Assembly (NCBI GenBank): GCA_013265495.1
Contig: MU061579.1
Location: 6,074,963 to 6,138,962 of the forward strand
Length of the DNA: 64,000 nucleotides
Source: Vicugna vicugna
Taxonomy: Eukaryota
Reading direction: 5' to 3'
Shown here: piece after piece, positions 24,013-36,370 of the stretch
Numbering within the stretch: position 1 is the first letter of the stretch
How the letters are laid out: each line of letters opens with the position of its first letter
The notes under the pieces: generated by a model
The model's input: only the letters and a program-made list of their open reading frames with translations
Told to the model about the DNA's origin: nothing
The model's database searches: none
Made by a program: the position numbers and the translations under genes

Positions 24013-24399
24013 TATAAATTTAGGACACACTGCTCCACAGAAATAGGAAGACAGACAAGTTGTTAGAACCCTAGGACAATGCACAAAAGCCCATTTAGCA
24101 AATACGTAGCTCAAATCAGTCCTAAATTCTATAAAAGTTAAACTATCCCTGTGAAGTCTTTAATGAAAGAAATTGAATTTGAAAAGTAAAGGGGAGAAAA
24201 CATGTTTATAAAATTAAAAGTTGGTTTCCATGGAGGAAACAGGTAGAAGAATATAGAGGAAATATAGAGAAAAAAGGTAGGCAGGAAGGTCAGGAATTAA
24301 GCTTTGGGGACCAATGTTCCCTGCGGCAGTGATGATAAGGCCTGGAATTTACATGGTGGATTTACTTCTAGACACCCTTATCAATAAGTTTTCTATTAT

Positions 24400-25420
24400 C
24401 ATCATGATACATAACTTAAAAATAATATTTTAGACACTTTTCCTGTATGACTAGATTTCTTGAAATGGAACCACTGGGTCAAAGGCTAGGAACATGATTA
24501 AGAATAAGATTTTGGCAAAATTGATCGGTTATGTTTACTTACACTTAAAACATATTCCTGAATCCACTAGCAATTTTCAGTTTTGACTTGGTCAACAGTT
24601 TATCCATGCATTTACTTATTGACATTAGTTCTTTATGTATCAAATAGGAAACTGTCTTATCTTTTTAAATGAAATATAGTTTACCCAGATTGCTTACTGC
24701 TTACTTTCTTTATTTTTATGAAGTCAAAAATATATTGATCTTTTCTTTTGGACTCTCTTAACTACCGCTTCACAAAGGGTTCCCACATAGCTGATAAATA
24801 CTCAACTGCGTGGCCCTGCAGCTTGATGGGTTAGTGTTTTTAAAGTTTTAATTATTGTATCAATCTGGAGTATATATTTTACATACAATATAGATGAGAA
24901 TTCAAGTTGAAAAAAAATTGTTAACAATGATCCCAGCCCTGTTTATTAAATCTTTCTTCAGACATGGATTTATGCTAGGATATTTATCAAAAATAAATTG
25001 TAATAAACAATTACATATTTACCTCACTTTATGTTACCATTGCTAAACCTGTTTGTTTTTATGCCAGGATATTATCTAAGCTATTTTAATTTTATTGTAT
25101 GCATAAATAGTTGGATGGGAAATACTTGACAATTATTTTACTTTTTATGCCGCCCAAATGTTTGCAAGAATTCTTATCTGTTTACCCTTTGATGTGAATT
25201 ATCAGGTCATTTTTTCCAAGTTCTACAAAAGAATTCCCTTTGGGATCTTGAAACGAATTACATTAAACTTACAGATCAATACTAGTAGACTTTAATTTTC
25301 TGTGATTTCTATCAGTGAAGTTCTGAGTTTTCTTCAAATCAGCTTCTTTTTCTTGTTTAGGCCATTTTCTGTTAGTTTGGTTTCGAGGTATTGATTTTTT
25401 AGCTCGCTACTTTACTGAAT
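24400..25420 (-). mobile_element. ancient L1 (L1M-type) fragment
   Basis: Decayed antisense ORF2-like text (tcaatctggagtatatatttt...ttgggatcttga...cattaaacttacagatcaat). Confidence 0.55.
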
Positions 25421-26904
25421 GTTAAGGAAAAACACTTGAAGTCTAACATGGAACAGTGAGGTAGCAAGTAGTATTCCATACAGAAGAGTCAAGGAGAGGA
25501 GAGCTTAGAAGTGTACATAGTAGCAGAGACCCCCGGGCCACCTCTGCCAGAGGTTAAATCAGATTACAGCTGAGGTTCATGTCCCTCCTCAGAGTTCAGA
25601 CTGCCATTCCCCTGGACTCAGTCCCAATAGAGGCAGCCGCAGGGTCGGGTGGGAGGCAGCAATTCCAGCAGGATGAGTTAGATGCACATTTGAGAGTGAG
25701 ATGCACTGCGCCTGAATGAGGCGGTCTTCATTTAAACAGGACGTTGGTAAGTCCAGGACTGCCTACATTCTGCAGCACTGTTGGCAATAATCTGAGAGTC
25801 TGAAGTAATACAACTGATTCGCAAGCCACTCCAGACATACAAGCTTGGGACTTTATTCCCTATCCTGTCCTAAGAGAACACAGATGACATAATTTGAGAG
25901 GAGACCAGCCACTGGTGAAAAGAAACCTTTTTCAGCTTAAATCTTTAAACTGAATATGCATAAACAGGAACTGTAAGGATCCTCATGGGAAATTCTATAA
26001 AAAGAAATCTTGTTTGGCAAGATAATTTTACTGTTGGTTTATGACAACTCTTTTGGTATATGCATTTTCTGGGGAATTTTTTCAAAAAGTTCAAGTGTTA
26101 TGAAGTATGTAATGTGTGGCTTCAGGCACTATATTTCAAAAGAAAATTTTAACTAAGCCAATTAAATTAGTGTGCTTAAGAAATTATTCTTGTTTATAAG
26201 AGGAGTCTGCATGCAACTTTTAACGACCTCCCCTCTTCCCCATTTGCTTTTTTCACACCATTAACAGTGTAATGGTAATATTCTTTGAAACTTCTCACCT
26301 TCTATGTAAATCAAGTCTGAAAACATTTTAATTAACATTTTCTGTGCAGGGAAAACTCTCAAAACAAAATATAGCTTCCCTTGTGGATTACCCTAATTTG
26401 TTGTTAATGAGCATTCATAAATTATCTCTAATTAACACATAGTCTCTTTAAATATACTTTTCAACTTGTAATTTCTACTCCCTTCTCAGTAAATCATTTT
26501 CTAAGTATATACAGGCACACATATATTAAGGGCAACTGTCAAAACCATAGTCAAATCTTTATTCAGATAAATCAGGGGATTTTTTACTACTGATTATTTA
26601 CTGTAAAGTCATTTGAAAAGTTAATAATTGCCAATGACTGGACCATCAATACTCAAAGGGAAGGACCAACAACATGCAGAAATAACCAGCCAAATAACAT
26701 CATGTGTTGAAAATAACAGTAGTTGGAGTTTAAAGGAAACCCCGTTAAGTCGCTCATCGGTTTGCCTCAATGTGCAAATTAAAGTATCAGTTACATTAAT
26801 TGATTCGGATAGATGCATAAATACAACTTTCAAACACTTAATTAGACTATAATTCCATAACCTGAGGTCACTGTGACAAAAACAAAATGTGTTCAGTGTC
26901 TTTA

Positions 26905-27330
26905 AAGAACATATCTGACAAATAGTGTATGATCTCCCTTAGTTGGAGAATCTAAAAAAGTCAAACTCACATAGAAGCATAGAGTAGAATGCTAGTTTCC
27001 AGGGGCTGGGAGTGGGAGGAATGGGGAGATGTTGATCAAAGAGTACAAAGTTTCAGTTATGAAGAATAAATAGGTTCTGGAGATCTAATGTACAGCATGG
27101 TGACTATACTTAGTAATACCGTACTATATACTTGAATCTTGCTAAGAGTAGATCTTAATGTTCTCACCACAAACACACACAAAAAATATGTGAGGTAATG
27201 AATATGCTGATTAGCCTAGATGGTGATAATCATTTCACAATGTACATGTATATCAGAAGCGTCACACTTTGTAACAAATATACACAATTCTTATTTGTCA
27301 ATTATACTTCAATAAATGTGGGGAAAAATA
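26905..27330 (+). mobile_element. L1MA-like 3' end
   Basis: gacaaatagtgtatgatctc...gatctaatgtacagcatggtgactata...tatacttcaataaa. Confidence 0.88.
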
Positions 27331-27462
27331 AATATTACAAATGTTTAAAAAAGGAGAACATCGTCTTTTAGCCAAGCTCTCGGTACTATCACTGCCTACC
27401 AGTTTATATGAATTACCTTTGATTAAGCAGGATGATCCTTTCAAAAAGATACAAATTCTTAA

Positions 27463-27633
27463 CAAACTATGGTTACCAAAGGGGAGAGGGGCGAGAGATA
27501 CATTAGGAGTTTGGAATTAACAGGTACACATTACTATATATAAAACAGATAAACAACAGAGACCTACTGTATAGCACAGGTTGAACTATATTCAGTTTCT
27601 CGTAATAATCTATAATGGAAAAGAATCTGAAAA

Positions 27634-27680
<47 letters not shown>

Positions 27681-27750
27681 AACCAAATTGCTTTGCTGTA
27701 TATGTGAAACTAACATTGTAAATTAACTACACTTCAATAAAAAAAATTTT
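27463..27750 (+). mobile_element. short 5'-truncated L1 3' end with internal (TA)n and perfect 20-bp TSD
   Basis: TSD aaaaagatacaaattcttaa at 27443-27462 and 27751-27770; L1 3'UTR text and A-tail. Confidence 0.92.
27633..27680. repeat. (TA)n/(TATG)n microsatellite
   Basis: Direct reading; lies within the L1 3'UTR. Confidence 0.9.
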
Positions 27751-28044
27751 AAAAAGATACAAATTCTTAAAACATATTCCATTAAGAGGTAAGAGATTCT
27801 TTAGCTCAATTACAAATCATTCCATCTAAAAAAAATAATTTCTCCATGAAGAGGCTTCCTTTGGCAGATTTAAAAATGTACCTTAGCTTGGGGAAAACAT
27901 TATAGAAAATTGAATTGTATGCAATGTCATAGTTGAAAATATTTGGTACTATTAAAATGAAGAACCATCCTCTTTAAATAAAATTCTGTCAGCAAGAACA
28001 CCAAGCTAAAATAATAGAAAATTATTGTTTCTTTATTAAGTCCC

Positions 28045-28230
28045 TGCATAAAGCCTTTGGAATCAGACACCTGGGAAAGAATTCTGACTCTGTCACTTAC
28101 TGGCTATGTGATCTTGGACAAGTTATGTAGTATCTTGTAGGTTCATTTCTTCGTCTGTCAAGGGGGAATAATTATAATAACAGTTTCACAGGGTTATTAT
28201 AAAAATACAGTGAGACCATTGAAGTGACAT
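28045..28230 (+). mobile_element. MIR SINE
   Basis: ctttggaatcagacacctggg..gaattctgactctgtcacttactggctatgtgatcttggacaagtta. Confidence 0.75.
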
Positions 28231-29269
28231 GTATAGAAGTCTGTTTTTCATGGATTAACCTCTCGAATGTCAGCTGCTCCTTTATGACTGCACTGGGATT
28301 ACCACTAGTTGTTTCTAGCAAACTTCTGTTGCTACACAATGGAAGCGCTGGTTCCTAAGTAGGATTAAAAAGTCCAGGGTGATTTTTAAATACTCTAAGA
28401 AAACATCCAACTACAAAAGTGACCCTTAACCAACATGTTATGTAAATAGGAGGACAAGGATGAAGGAAGGAAGTCTAATGAAGATCAGGATGGGTGACTC
28501 ACTGAAGAAAACCAAAGAAAATCCAATCCGACTCAGTTCCAGATGGCTAGGATCATCAGCTGTGAAGTTTAGCATTTCCTTTCACAAACACAAACCTGAA
28601 GTTCATGAACCTTAAAATCTGCTGTGTTAAGTTCACATAACCCCAAATTCTTCAGTGCCTTATTTCTGCAAACTCTACTCTTCCTCTACTGGGAAAAGTG
28701 AAGAATGATAACACAGGATAATAAACGATACCAATCACTTGATACCCACACAGACTCCCTGCTAGGCCTATCAGATGGAACAACACAGCAGGAGATCCAG
28801 TACCTAATATAATGCAGCTCTCTGCATAGAGGGGTAAAGGCTGCAGAATTCAGTGCCATTTTGTCAGCTCCCTTCCCGGACATTCCATTTTGAAGAAAGT
28901 GAATGTGGGATGTATATACAAAGCAGGAATGCTACTAAGATTTAGTTGTGTCCACTTGGAGGCTTCCCTGCTGGAGGAACATACAGGCACAGTGGTCAAC
29001 ATGGGTGGAAAGCTCAACAGAAGCCACAATAAAATGGGCGGTAGAACTTCCTTCCTTCTTCATAACATATTAACGGATGTCACTATTCTGGTCCTTCTTT
29101 GTAGATGTCCACCACACAACATCCTGAAGCACTGCACACTCGGAGTAGGCAAGCAATGATCACTCAAGGGAATTTTGTAATACAAGAGAAAAAAGCATCT
29201 TGAGGTCCGACTGTTACTCCACATTTAAAATAATTGCGTGGGTACCTCTTGAATCTCAAGGAAGTGGAG

Positions 29270-30140
29270 ATGCTCTCGTATATACCCATGTAACCACCAC
29301 CCAAAACTGGAGAGAGAACACTTCTATCATCCTAGGAAGTACCCCCACTGAATCCATCTGCTTGCTTCTGTGGCAACCCTTCTCCACACCCCAGGCAAAC
29401 ACCTTCTGACTTCTATCACTGTAAACAGTTTTGGCTGTTCTTAGGCGTCTCATGGACAGACTCATATGGTACTATGTTGTGTTGAGCTTCTTTTGCTCAA
29501 CAAGGATTTGAAGATTCACCCACATTGTTGCATTTATTCACTTTTATTGCTAAGTAGTATTCTATTGTCTGACTATATCATTTTCCTATTGATGGACATG
29601 AGGAATGTTTCCACGTTTCAGTTTTTATGAATAAAGCTGCTTATGAACACTCTTGAACAAGCGCTTTAATGGACATAATACCTAGAAATAGAGCTGTAGG
29701 ATCATGGGGTAGATGTATGAGTAACTTTACTTTAAAAACTTCCAAAAAGCTCTCCATAAGTGATTGTGTGATTTTACCTTCCACCAACAATTTACGAGGG
29801 TTTTAGTTAATCAACACCTTGTCAATGTTAGGTGTTGTCACTCTTTATGATTTTAGTTATACTAATGAGGTATCTTATGGTTTTAATTTGCATTTCTCTG
29901 ATAACTATGCTGAGCACTTTTGGTTTAATCACTTATTGGCCATTCCTATGTCTCCCCTCCTGTAGCGTCTGTCTAATACTTTACCCAGATTTTTATTGGG
30001 TTGTCTTTTTACTGTTGATTTGGAGGAGTTCTTTATAATTCTGCATATGAGGCCTTTTTCAAATATATATACTATGAATATATTTTTCTCAGTCTGGAAC
30101 ATGCCTATTCATATTCTTAGTGGAGTCTTTTGATGAGCAT
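29270..30140 (-). mobile_element. old L1 3' region (L1MC/ME-like)
   Basis: gtagtattctattgt...ttgatggacatg...ttttaatttgcatttctctgataact. Confidence 0.8.
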
Positions 30141-30956
30141 GCTAATATATAAATATGTATTGATATGTATATATATGTGTATATATATGTATATAAATTG
30201 AAAAACAACTTTTACATATATTCTTATTTCAACATTATAACAAACTGGCGTGTGGGACTCATACTATCATCATATTACAGACCCAGAAATTGAGGTTGAG
30301 AGTTTACGTTTCTTATTCATACAACCAACTTGGCAGATTTGAGATTTTCTGATGCTAAGTTCGATATTCTTATATCTACGCCCTCTTTTTTCATCTCCTT
30401 CCTCTCTCCATCCCTCAATTCTTTAATAAAAGCTTCTAGGGAATTCAAACTTATGGGGATATATCAATAAGATTCAATTAATAAATATGATACTACGAGT
30501 CAATTCATTAAAAAATATAGGGAATCTATTAATCAGATTTAATTTTTAATCAGACTTAACATTTGGGTTTTGCCTTTTTATTCCATATTTTATTAATTCC
30601 ATTAGCTCAATTCAAGCTATTTTTGCCTTAAGGCCTGACACAGTCTCTTAATTTTATTGACTGAGATGCTGATTTATATGCTAGTCTATTTAACACATAT
30701 TAGAGTTTTCTCTAGGACTTAAATCATTCTCTGCACTAAAAAATATGAGGTGCTCAAAAAGGCCATATATGTTCTTTACTGTGTTTCTGGGTGCATTAAT
30801 GTCATATGCCAGAAGCCGAAAGAAATCATCAGTTTCTTACGCATTTTACTTACTACAGGCCTTGACTTCCAAGAAAGAGGGCTGAGAGGTATGAAATAAG
30901 AATGCTAATACCCACACAAAAATATATACATATTCAAATACTACATATACAAATAC

Positions 30957-31096
30957 CTTCGGATCCTTGTAAAGAAAGAGATATCCATCTCGTAAAACAA
31001 AATACCGGTCTTGAAATTTATTTCCAGACAGTATTTTAGATGGTTCTTCTTTGATTTTCAAGAATCCCTCTTTGATACTTCCCAGGCCCTTCCTCT
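30957..31096 (-). CDS. ARAP2: ARAP2 coding exon, start of PH5: (E)RKGLGSIKEGFLKIKEEPSKILSGNKFQDRYFVLRDGYLFLYKDPK
   Basis: tattttacag|AG ... AAG|gtattt; 140 nt, phase 1-0; PH-like 'KEGxL ... RYFVL ... LYK' pattern. Confidence 0.96.
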
Positions 31097-31329
31097 CTGT
31101 AAAATATAAATTTTACTTTTGTAAGTTAGGTACATTTTCATTTATTTGGAATAGAATATGAAACATTTGTGTATATCTTCAGTTTTGATAATATAAAGTA
31201 ATAGCTTGTGTCTTACCATTAAGAAGAAGCCTCCAGTGAATTTCTGGGAACACCCTGTGTCAGGGGAGTGTCAGGCAACTCACAGATCCAGATCTATTTA
31301 TAATCTATTTACAATATATAGGCCTGTCT

Positions 31330-31628
31330 ATGCTGTCCAGTTAGCTACTGGCTAATAAGTGCTTGAAACATGGTTAGTCTCAATTGAGACGTTCTATGAG
31401 TATAAAATATATACCATACTTTGAAGACTTAGTTATCCTCTCCGTAAAAATCACAATTTTATAATATTGATTATGTGTTGAAGGGGTTTTACTAATATAT
31501 TCTATTTAAACTTATGCCCAAAATATTAATTGCACCTGTGCACGTGTACATATGTGTGTATAAATGTGGCTACTAGGCAATTAAAAATTATATAGTCAGC
31601 TTGCATTGTATTTCTTTTGAACAGCACT
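31330..31628. mobile_element. MER33/MER3-like hAT-Charlie element
   Basis: Ends tgctgtcca / tgaacagcact; internal aatgtggctactag motif. Confidence 0.7.
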
Positions 31629-34600
31629 CATATAAACAATGCAAATGCACAGATAAAAGGGAAACCTCTTTTGGGTTTCTGAGTCAGGAATCCAGAAATT
31701 CTTAAGGCATTTGAGAAGTTTCTGTACCTGTGAAACCAGCAAGGGTAAATACGACAGAACTGATAATAACACTTGTGCGATACTGCTGGTGTCCCACACT
31801 TGGAAAGCATCTCAACAACTCTATTCAAAGCCACTTCTGGGGCAAGAAAACCATGTTGTATTTGTATAAATGTATCACTGTATCTCCAGTACACAACTTT
31901 CTTCTTGAAATCCTGACAATATCCAGCTGTCTCCATGAGAACTGAGGAACAGTGGAAAGAAAAGGAACCTGAAGGCCAACAGCCATGACACGGCCACTGT
32001 GGGGTCAGCTCCTGCTTCTCCAGTACAACAGGAGTAATGGCACTCATCCTATGGCTGTTGTGGTCCTCATGTTAGATGGCATCCCCAAAAAATGTAGGGC
32101 AGGACACTCCATCAGGATGAGGACCTTTAGTAATTTCCTGGTATTAAGGTGATAGAGTTTTTAAATATTCATGCATAGTTTCTAAAATTTACCAGATAAC
32201 TTGAATGATTTTAGAAAGAACTCTTAGTCTTAAACCTAGTAATTCCTTGGTTTGGGGAAACCTTAACTTACACAGCAAATAATACACAGATGTTCACAAT
32301 TACAGTTAGCATAAGAAAACAAGAGCTTAAAAAAAATCGTTCTTAATAACTCCACAGAATGATGACCTGGAAGCAAAAATCCCCAGGGTTAATCACATCC
32401 TGATCCTATCCAGAAACAAAGGTAATTAACAAGACCCAATAGTTTCCATGATGTACATTGCTGGTCACAGACAATGTTCTTTTAATCACACTGTCATATT
32501 AAAATAGGTTCTTTTTAGGTAGTTTCTGACTTAAAACTAATTTGTGAAAAATATATTGCTGAATTATGTCTCCTGGAACAATCCCTTAATATTCAACTTC
32601 ATAGAAAAATATTTTAAATAATCTTTTATAGCTAAATAACTTCTACTTGAATTACAAATAACACCTTTTCAATTAAAAGACTTGAAAGAAAACATTTTAC
32701 TGCAATGAGAAGATCAAGAAAAAAACAAACATTATATAAAACTAGTATTCAGCAAAATTCACATGACATCATTCATTTCTTCACAGAGTATTAAGGGTCT
32801 AGTATGCACTTGGTTCTAATAACATTAACGCAGATAAAGATGGCTTCTGGACTTGTAGTGCAGTGTTGGAGACACAGATAAACATGTGCTAACCAACAAT
32901 GCTTGTATATCCTGATACAGTACAGTGAGCAATTTAGAAAACATTGGGTGAGCTTAGTGATTCGGCTGATTTAGAGCCAGAAAGTGGAGAAAAGCATTTA
33001 TCATATTAGTGATTTAGAAATAGGTAAAGCATTTAAAAGCATTAAATTACAATCAAGTTGTAAGATACAGATACTGTTTAAGCCAAACCAATTCTATTCA
33101 CACCTTCTGATTGTACCTTTTTCATTTAGATTTTGGTTCAATTTAATAAAGCTTTTTAATTTGACCAGTAAGAAACAATCATGAGTTCAGTGTCTAAGTA
33201 AATTACTCATAGGTCAAAGAGAAAACAGGATGCCTGGGGAATAAATATTGTTTCCATCTTTGGTGCATATTTATTAAAATTTACTTTAATAATCATTATA
33301 TATAATTAAGTATATTAGCTAAATCTTCACGCATACACTGTTAAGGAACTTAGAAGGAGGCTTTGAGAGGAATATATGTTAAGGAGGAGGGAAGAATGAA
33401 AACAATTTTGAAATACAAAGTTTGATTACAAATATCAAGGACTTAAAAGAATTTTTAAAAGCTCTCATGATAACATTTCTGTCTGCTCTCAAAATGTTAA
33501 AATAAGTAGGAAAAATACCCAGTGCTTAAGGGCCAAAATGAAGTTGCCTACTTTGGGGAACATGCATGACTTAGTGTGTAACAAAACCAAGGTTTATGAA
33601 TTAAAGGGCTTCTAATAACTCACTTTTCCAAATGCTTCCAGTTCTGCGTGGTCCCTTGACTTCAGGGTACTTCACTCTCATATTTTCATTCCCTCCACCT
33701 CATCCTCGGTAAAAAGCTTAAGATCTTTTGTTCCAGAAGAATATAGTTCAGCACAAAGTTCATACCAGCTCTATCCACCACACCTGCTGTCCAGACCCTG
33801 TCCAGGTTTGAGTTCAACTTGAGTTTGTCAGAATATGTTTCATGCCTTGCATGTCCCTTTGGACGAAGAGTTCAAATTTCTGCTACTGGGATGTTTGCAG
33901 TGGGATTTCTGCTTCATAATTCTTGAAATTCTGGTCCCATACTATGCTTTGGGCCTCCCCCTTTCTTTGAATCTTGCTATCTTCATAATTCTTCCCAGCA
34001 CACTGGTCTTTCTAGATGTCAAGCTTTTTCAGCTCCTAACTTCAGAGCAGTATTTTTAAATTTCTAATAGCACATATGCAGTCCTTCTGGCCACGCCCCT
34101 TGTTACATCATTCTATACAGTCATATAGTCAGTTTACAGTCATGGAGGGTCCCTCTGATCCAATCAAAAAGAATGATTTTACATATCATATGGTCCACGA
34201 TATAAATCTTAGGCATGGTGTGATATAAGTTACTAAGCATGGAATATGTCTATGTAATAAGAATTTTAAAAAGAAAAAAAGGCACACCACGTATATTTGC
34301 TTTTAATTAAAAAAAACCATCTACAGCACATAATAAATAAAGCCATTAAGTAAATGACTTGGGAAAGCCATCTAATTCTTTTGCAGGTGTAACAGATAGG
34401 AAGGTTTAATGTACAACCAAAGCATTTAATTCCTTCAGAGCAAGATTCTGGGATATACCCTGTAGGTTCAATTGCATTTACTACCTTTTTTGTCTTTCAT
34501 TCCAGTCAAATTCCAGTATACTGTTATCTCTAGAGAATCATAAATTCCTCTCCCCTTCCTGGTGGTTGCGAGGGCAAGGAAAGCTCAGTTGGAGTTCAGT

Positions 34601-35714
34601 GAGGGGTCTTCAGAGTTAATACTGGGTGAAGTGATAGTTTGGTATTCTTAGTTATAGTGTGCGGTAACTGTATTAGTTAGAAAAGCCCTTCAAAATTGCA
34701 TGTATGAAACAAAACAGAAATGAACAAATATATTTAAACAGAATAGATGTCATATAACTGGGACTCTGGGACTATGAAACTGATACCCTCCCCCCAAAAA
34801 AAGTTTTTCCAAACCATTTGAAAATCTCAACTTTTCATACAAACACAGTAATTTCTAACTAGTGGCCCCAAATCCCAATTAAATAACTGATGACAGAGAC
34901 AGGAAGAAACAGAGAGAAAAAGGAGGTGAGGGAGAGGGGGAAGGGCAGACTCGGGAGTGACGGCTGTAAGATACACATGCCCCCTTATCCCTCATGTCCA
35001 GTCAGTCAGCACTGCAGCCACTGTTCTTCCAGAATTTCTCCTTGGGGTTCACCTCCACTTCTTTTTCAATTTCGTCTCTCTCTCTCTCTAACGCCTGCCT
35101 TTTCTACCTAATACCCAGCTTCCAGGACTCTGTGACTCCATGTTCTACTTTTCTAATGGCTCCATAGGATTCCAGGTTCATGTTATGCAAAAATGTTCTA
35201 GCACATGAATCTCCTTTCCAAAGTTCTACTTTTCTACTATTTCAAGTCTTACTCACCCAACATTAAAAGCCTCAGCTTCTTTCCCTGAATTTTGAAGGGC
35301 TAAAGAAACTAGACTCCTCCTACGCATCTTCATAAACTAAAAAGGTAAGATATGGTATTTATTTATATTCAGTTGATCATAATAGTTTGCTTGGAAAACC
35401 AGTCCTTGTCTCTGGCGTGACTCAAGTGGATCAGTGGACTGAATCTGAAGGAACTCCCATTCTCCTTGGTTCTACACCTGCTCTATCTCCACTTCTGCAC
35501 CCAACTCAGCCATGACAATTTTTTTCTGACTACTTCAGTCCACATTTGTTATTTATGTCTCAAAACTCAAAGGGGAAAATTAGGCAATGACACGTAGAAA
35601 GTCACACTGGCCTCATAATTTAGCTCTCAAGTACATAATCATTTCCTGTTTGCCTTTTAAAACCATGCGGACTTTGGATTTTCCTCCCCAACCTATGTGA
35701 GAACTGACATAGTC

Positions 35715-36370
35715 CACTGACTCGGAGCACACTCTGGAGCTGGACCACCTGGGCTTGAATGACAACCACACCCTCCACTGGCTCCCAGGCAGTCATCTCT
35801 AAATCTCAGTCTCCTCACCTGCAAAACAGGGACCATACAGTCATCAACCAGTACATTTGGTACGTAAGTGCTGAGAACAGTGCTTGGTACAGAGCAAGCA
35901 GAACATAATTGCTTATTTATCTAGGGAGGACAGACATCTTTCTTTCTCTTTATTTCTCTCTCTCTCTCTTTCTTTCTCTTTCTCTCTCTCTCCCTCTCTT
36001 TCTTTTTTTTCCTGCACTGCAGTCGGTAGTGAGAGGAATAATTACCCTTCCAAAGGTTTGATGATTTATAGACTGAATTTATAAGTTCTAAAAACTAAAA
36101 TCTGATTTATCCTTGATTGCAGTACAGTAAGTGGTTGAGGAGGGAATACATGGCCTGGATTTGGAGAGATTCTGACTAATGCCTGCTCCTTCTCTTACCA
36201 GCAGATCACCTTGAGGGAGTTATTAATGCCTCCCTGTCCCAGCTTCCCCACTTACAAAAGGTTAGTGAGCACTATAAAATCTCCGAAGACTACGAGGGAA
36301 TTAAATAAGATGGTGTGCACAGGGCAGTCAGCCCAGCCTCTGGCACACAGTGAATTCATGGTAACTACGA
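35715..36370 (+). mobile_element. two MIR SINEs flanking a CT-rich tract
   Basis: ctctggagctggaccacctgggcttgaat (about 35730) and accttgagggagttatt...ctggcacacagt (about 36210-36350). Confidence 0.65.
35938..36011. repeat. (CT)n/(CTTT)n polypyrimidine tract
   Basis: Direct reading. Confidence 0.9.

Noticed and set aside
35257..35299. Strong donor TTGG|gtgagt with 28- or 43-nt upstream exon options
   Set aside because: Neither option preserves frame and there is no other support.
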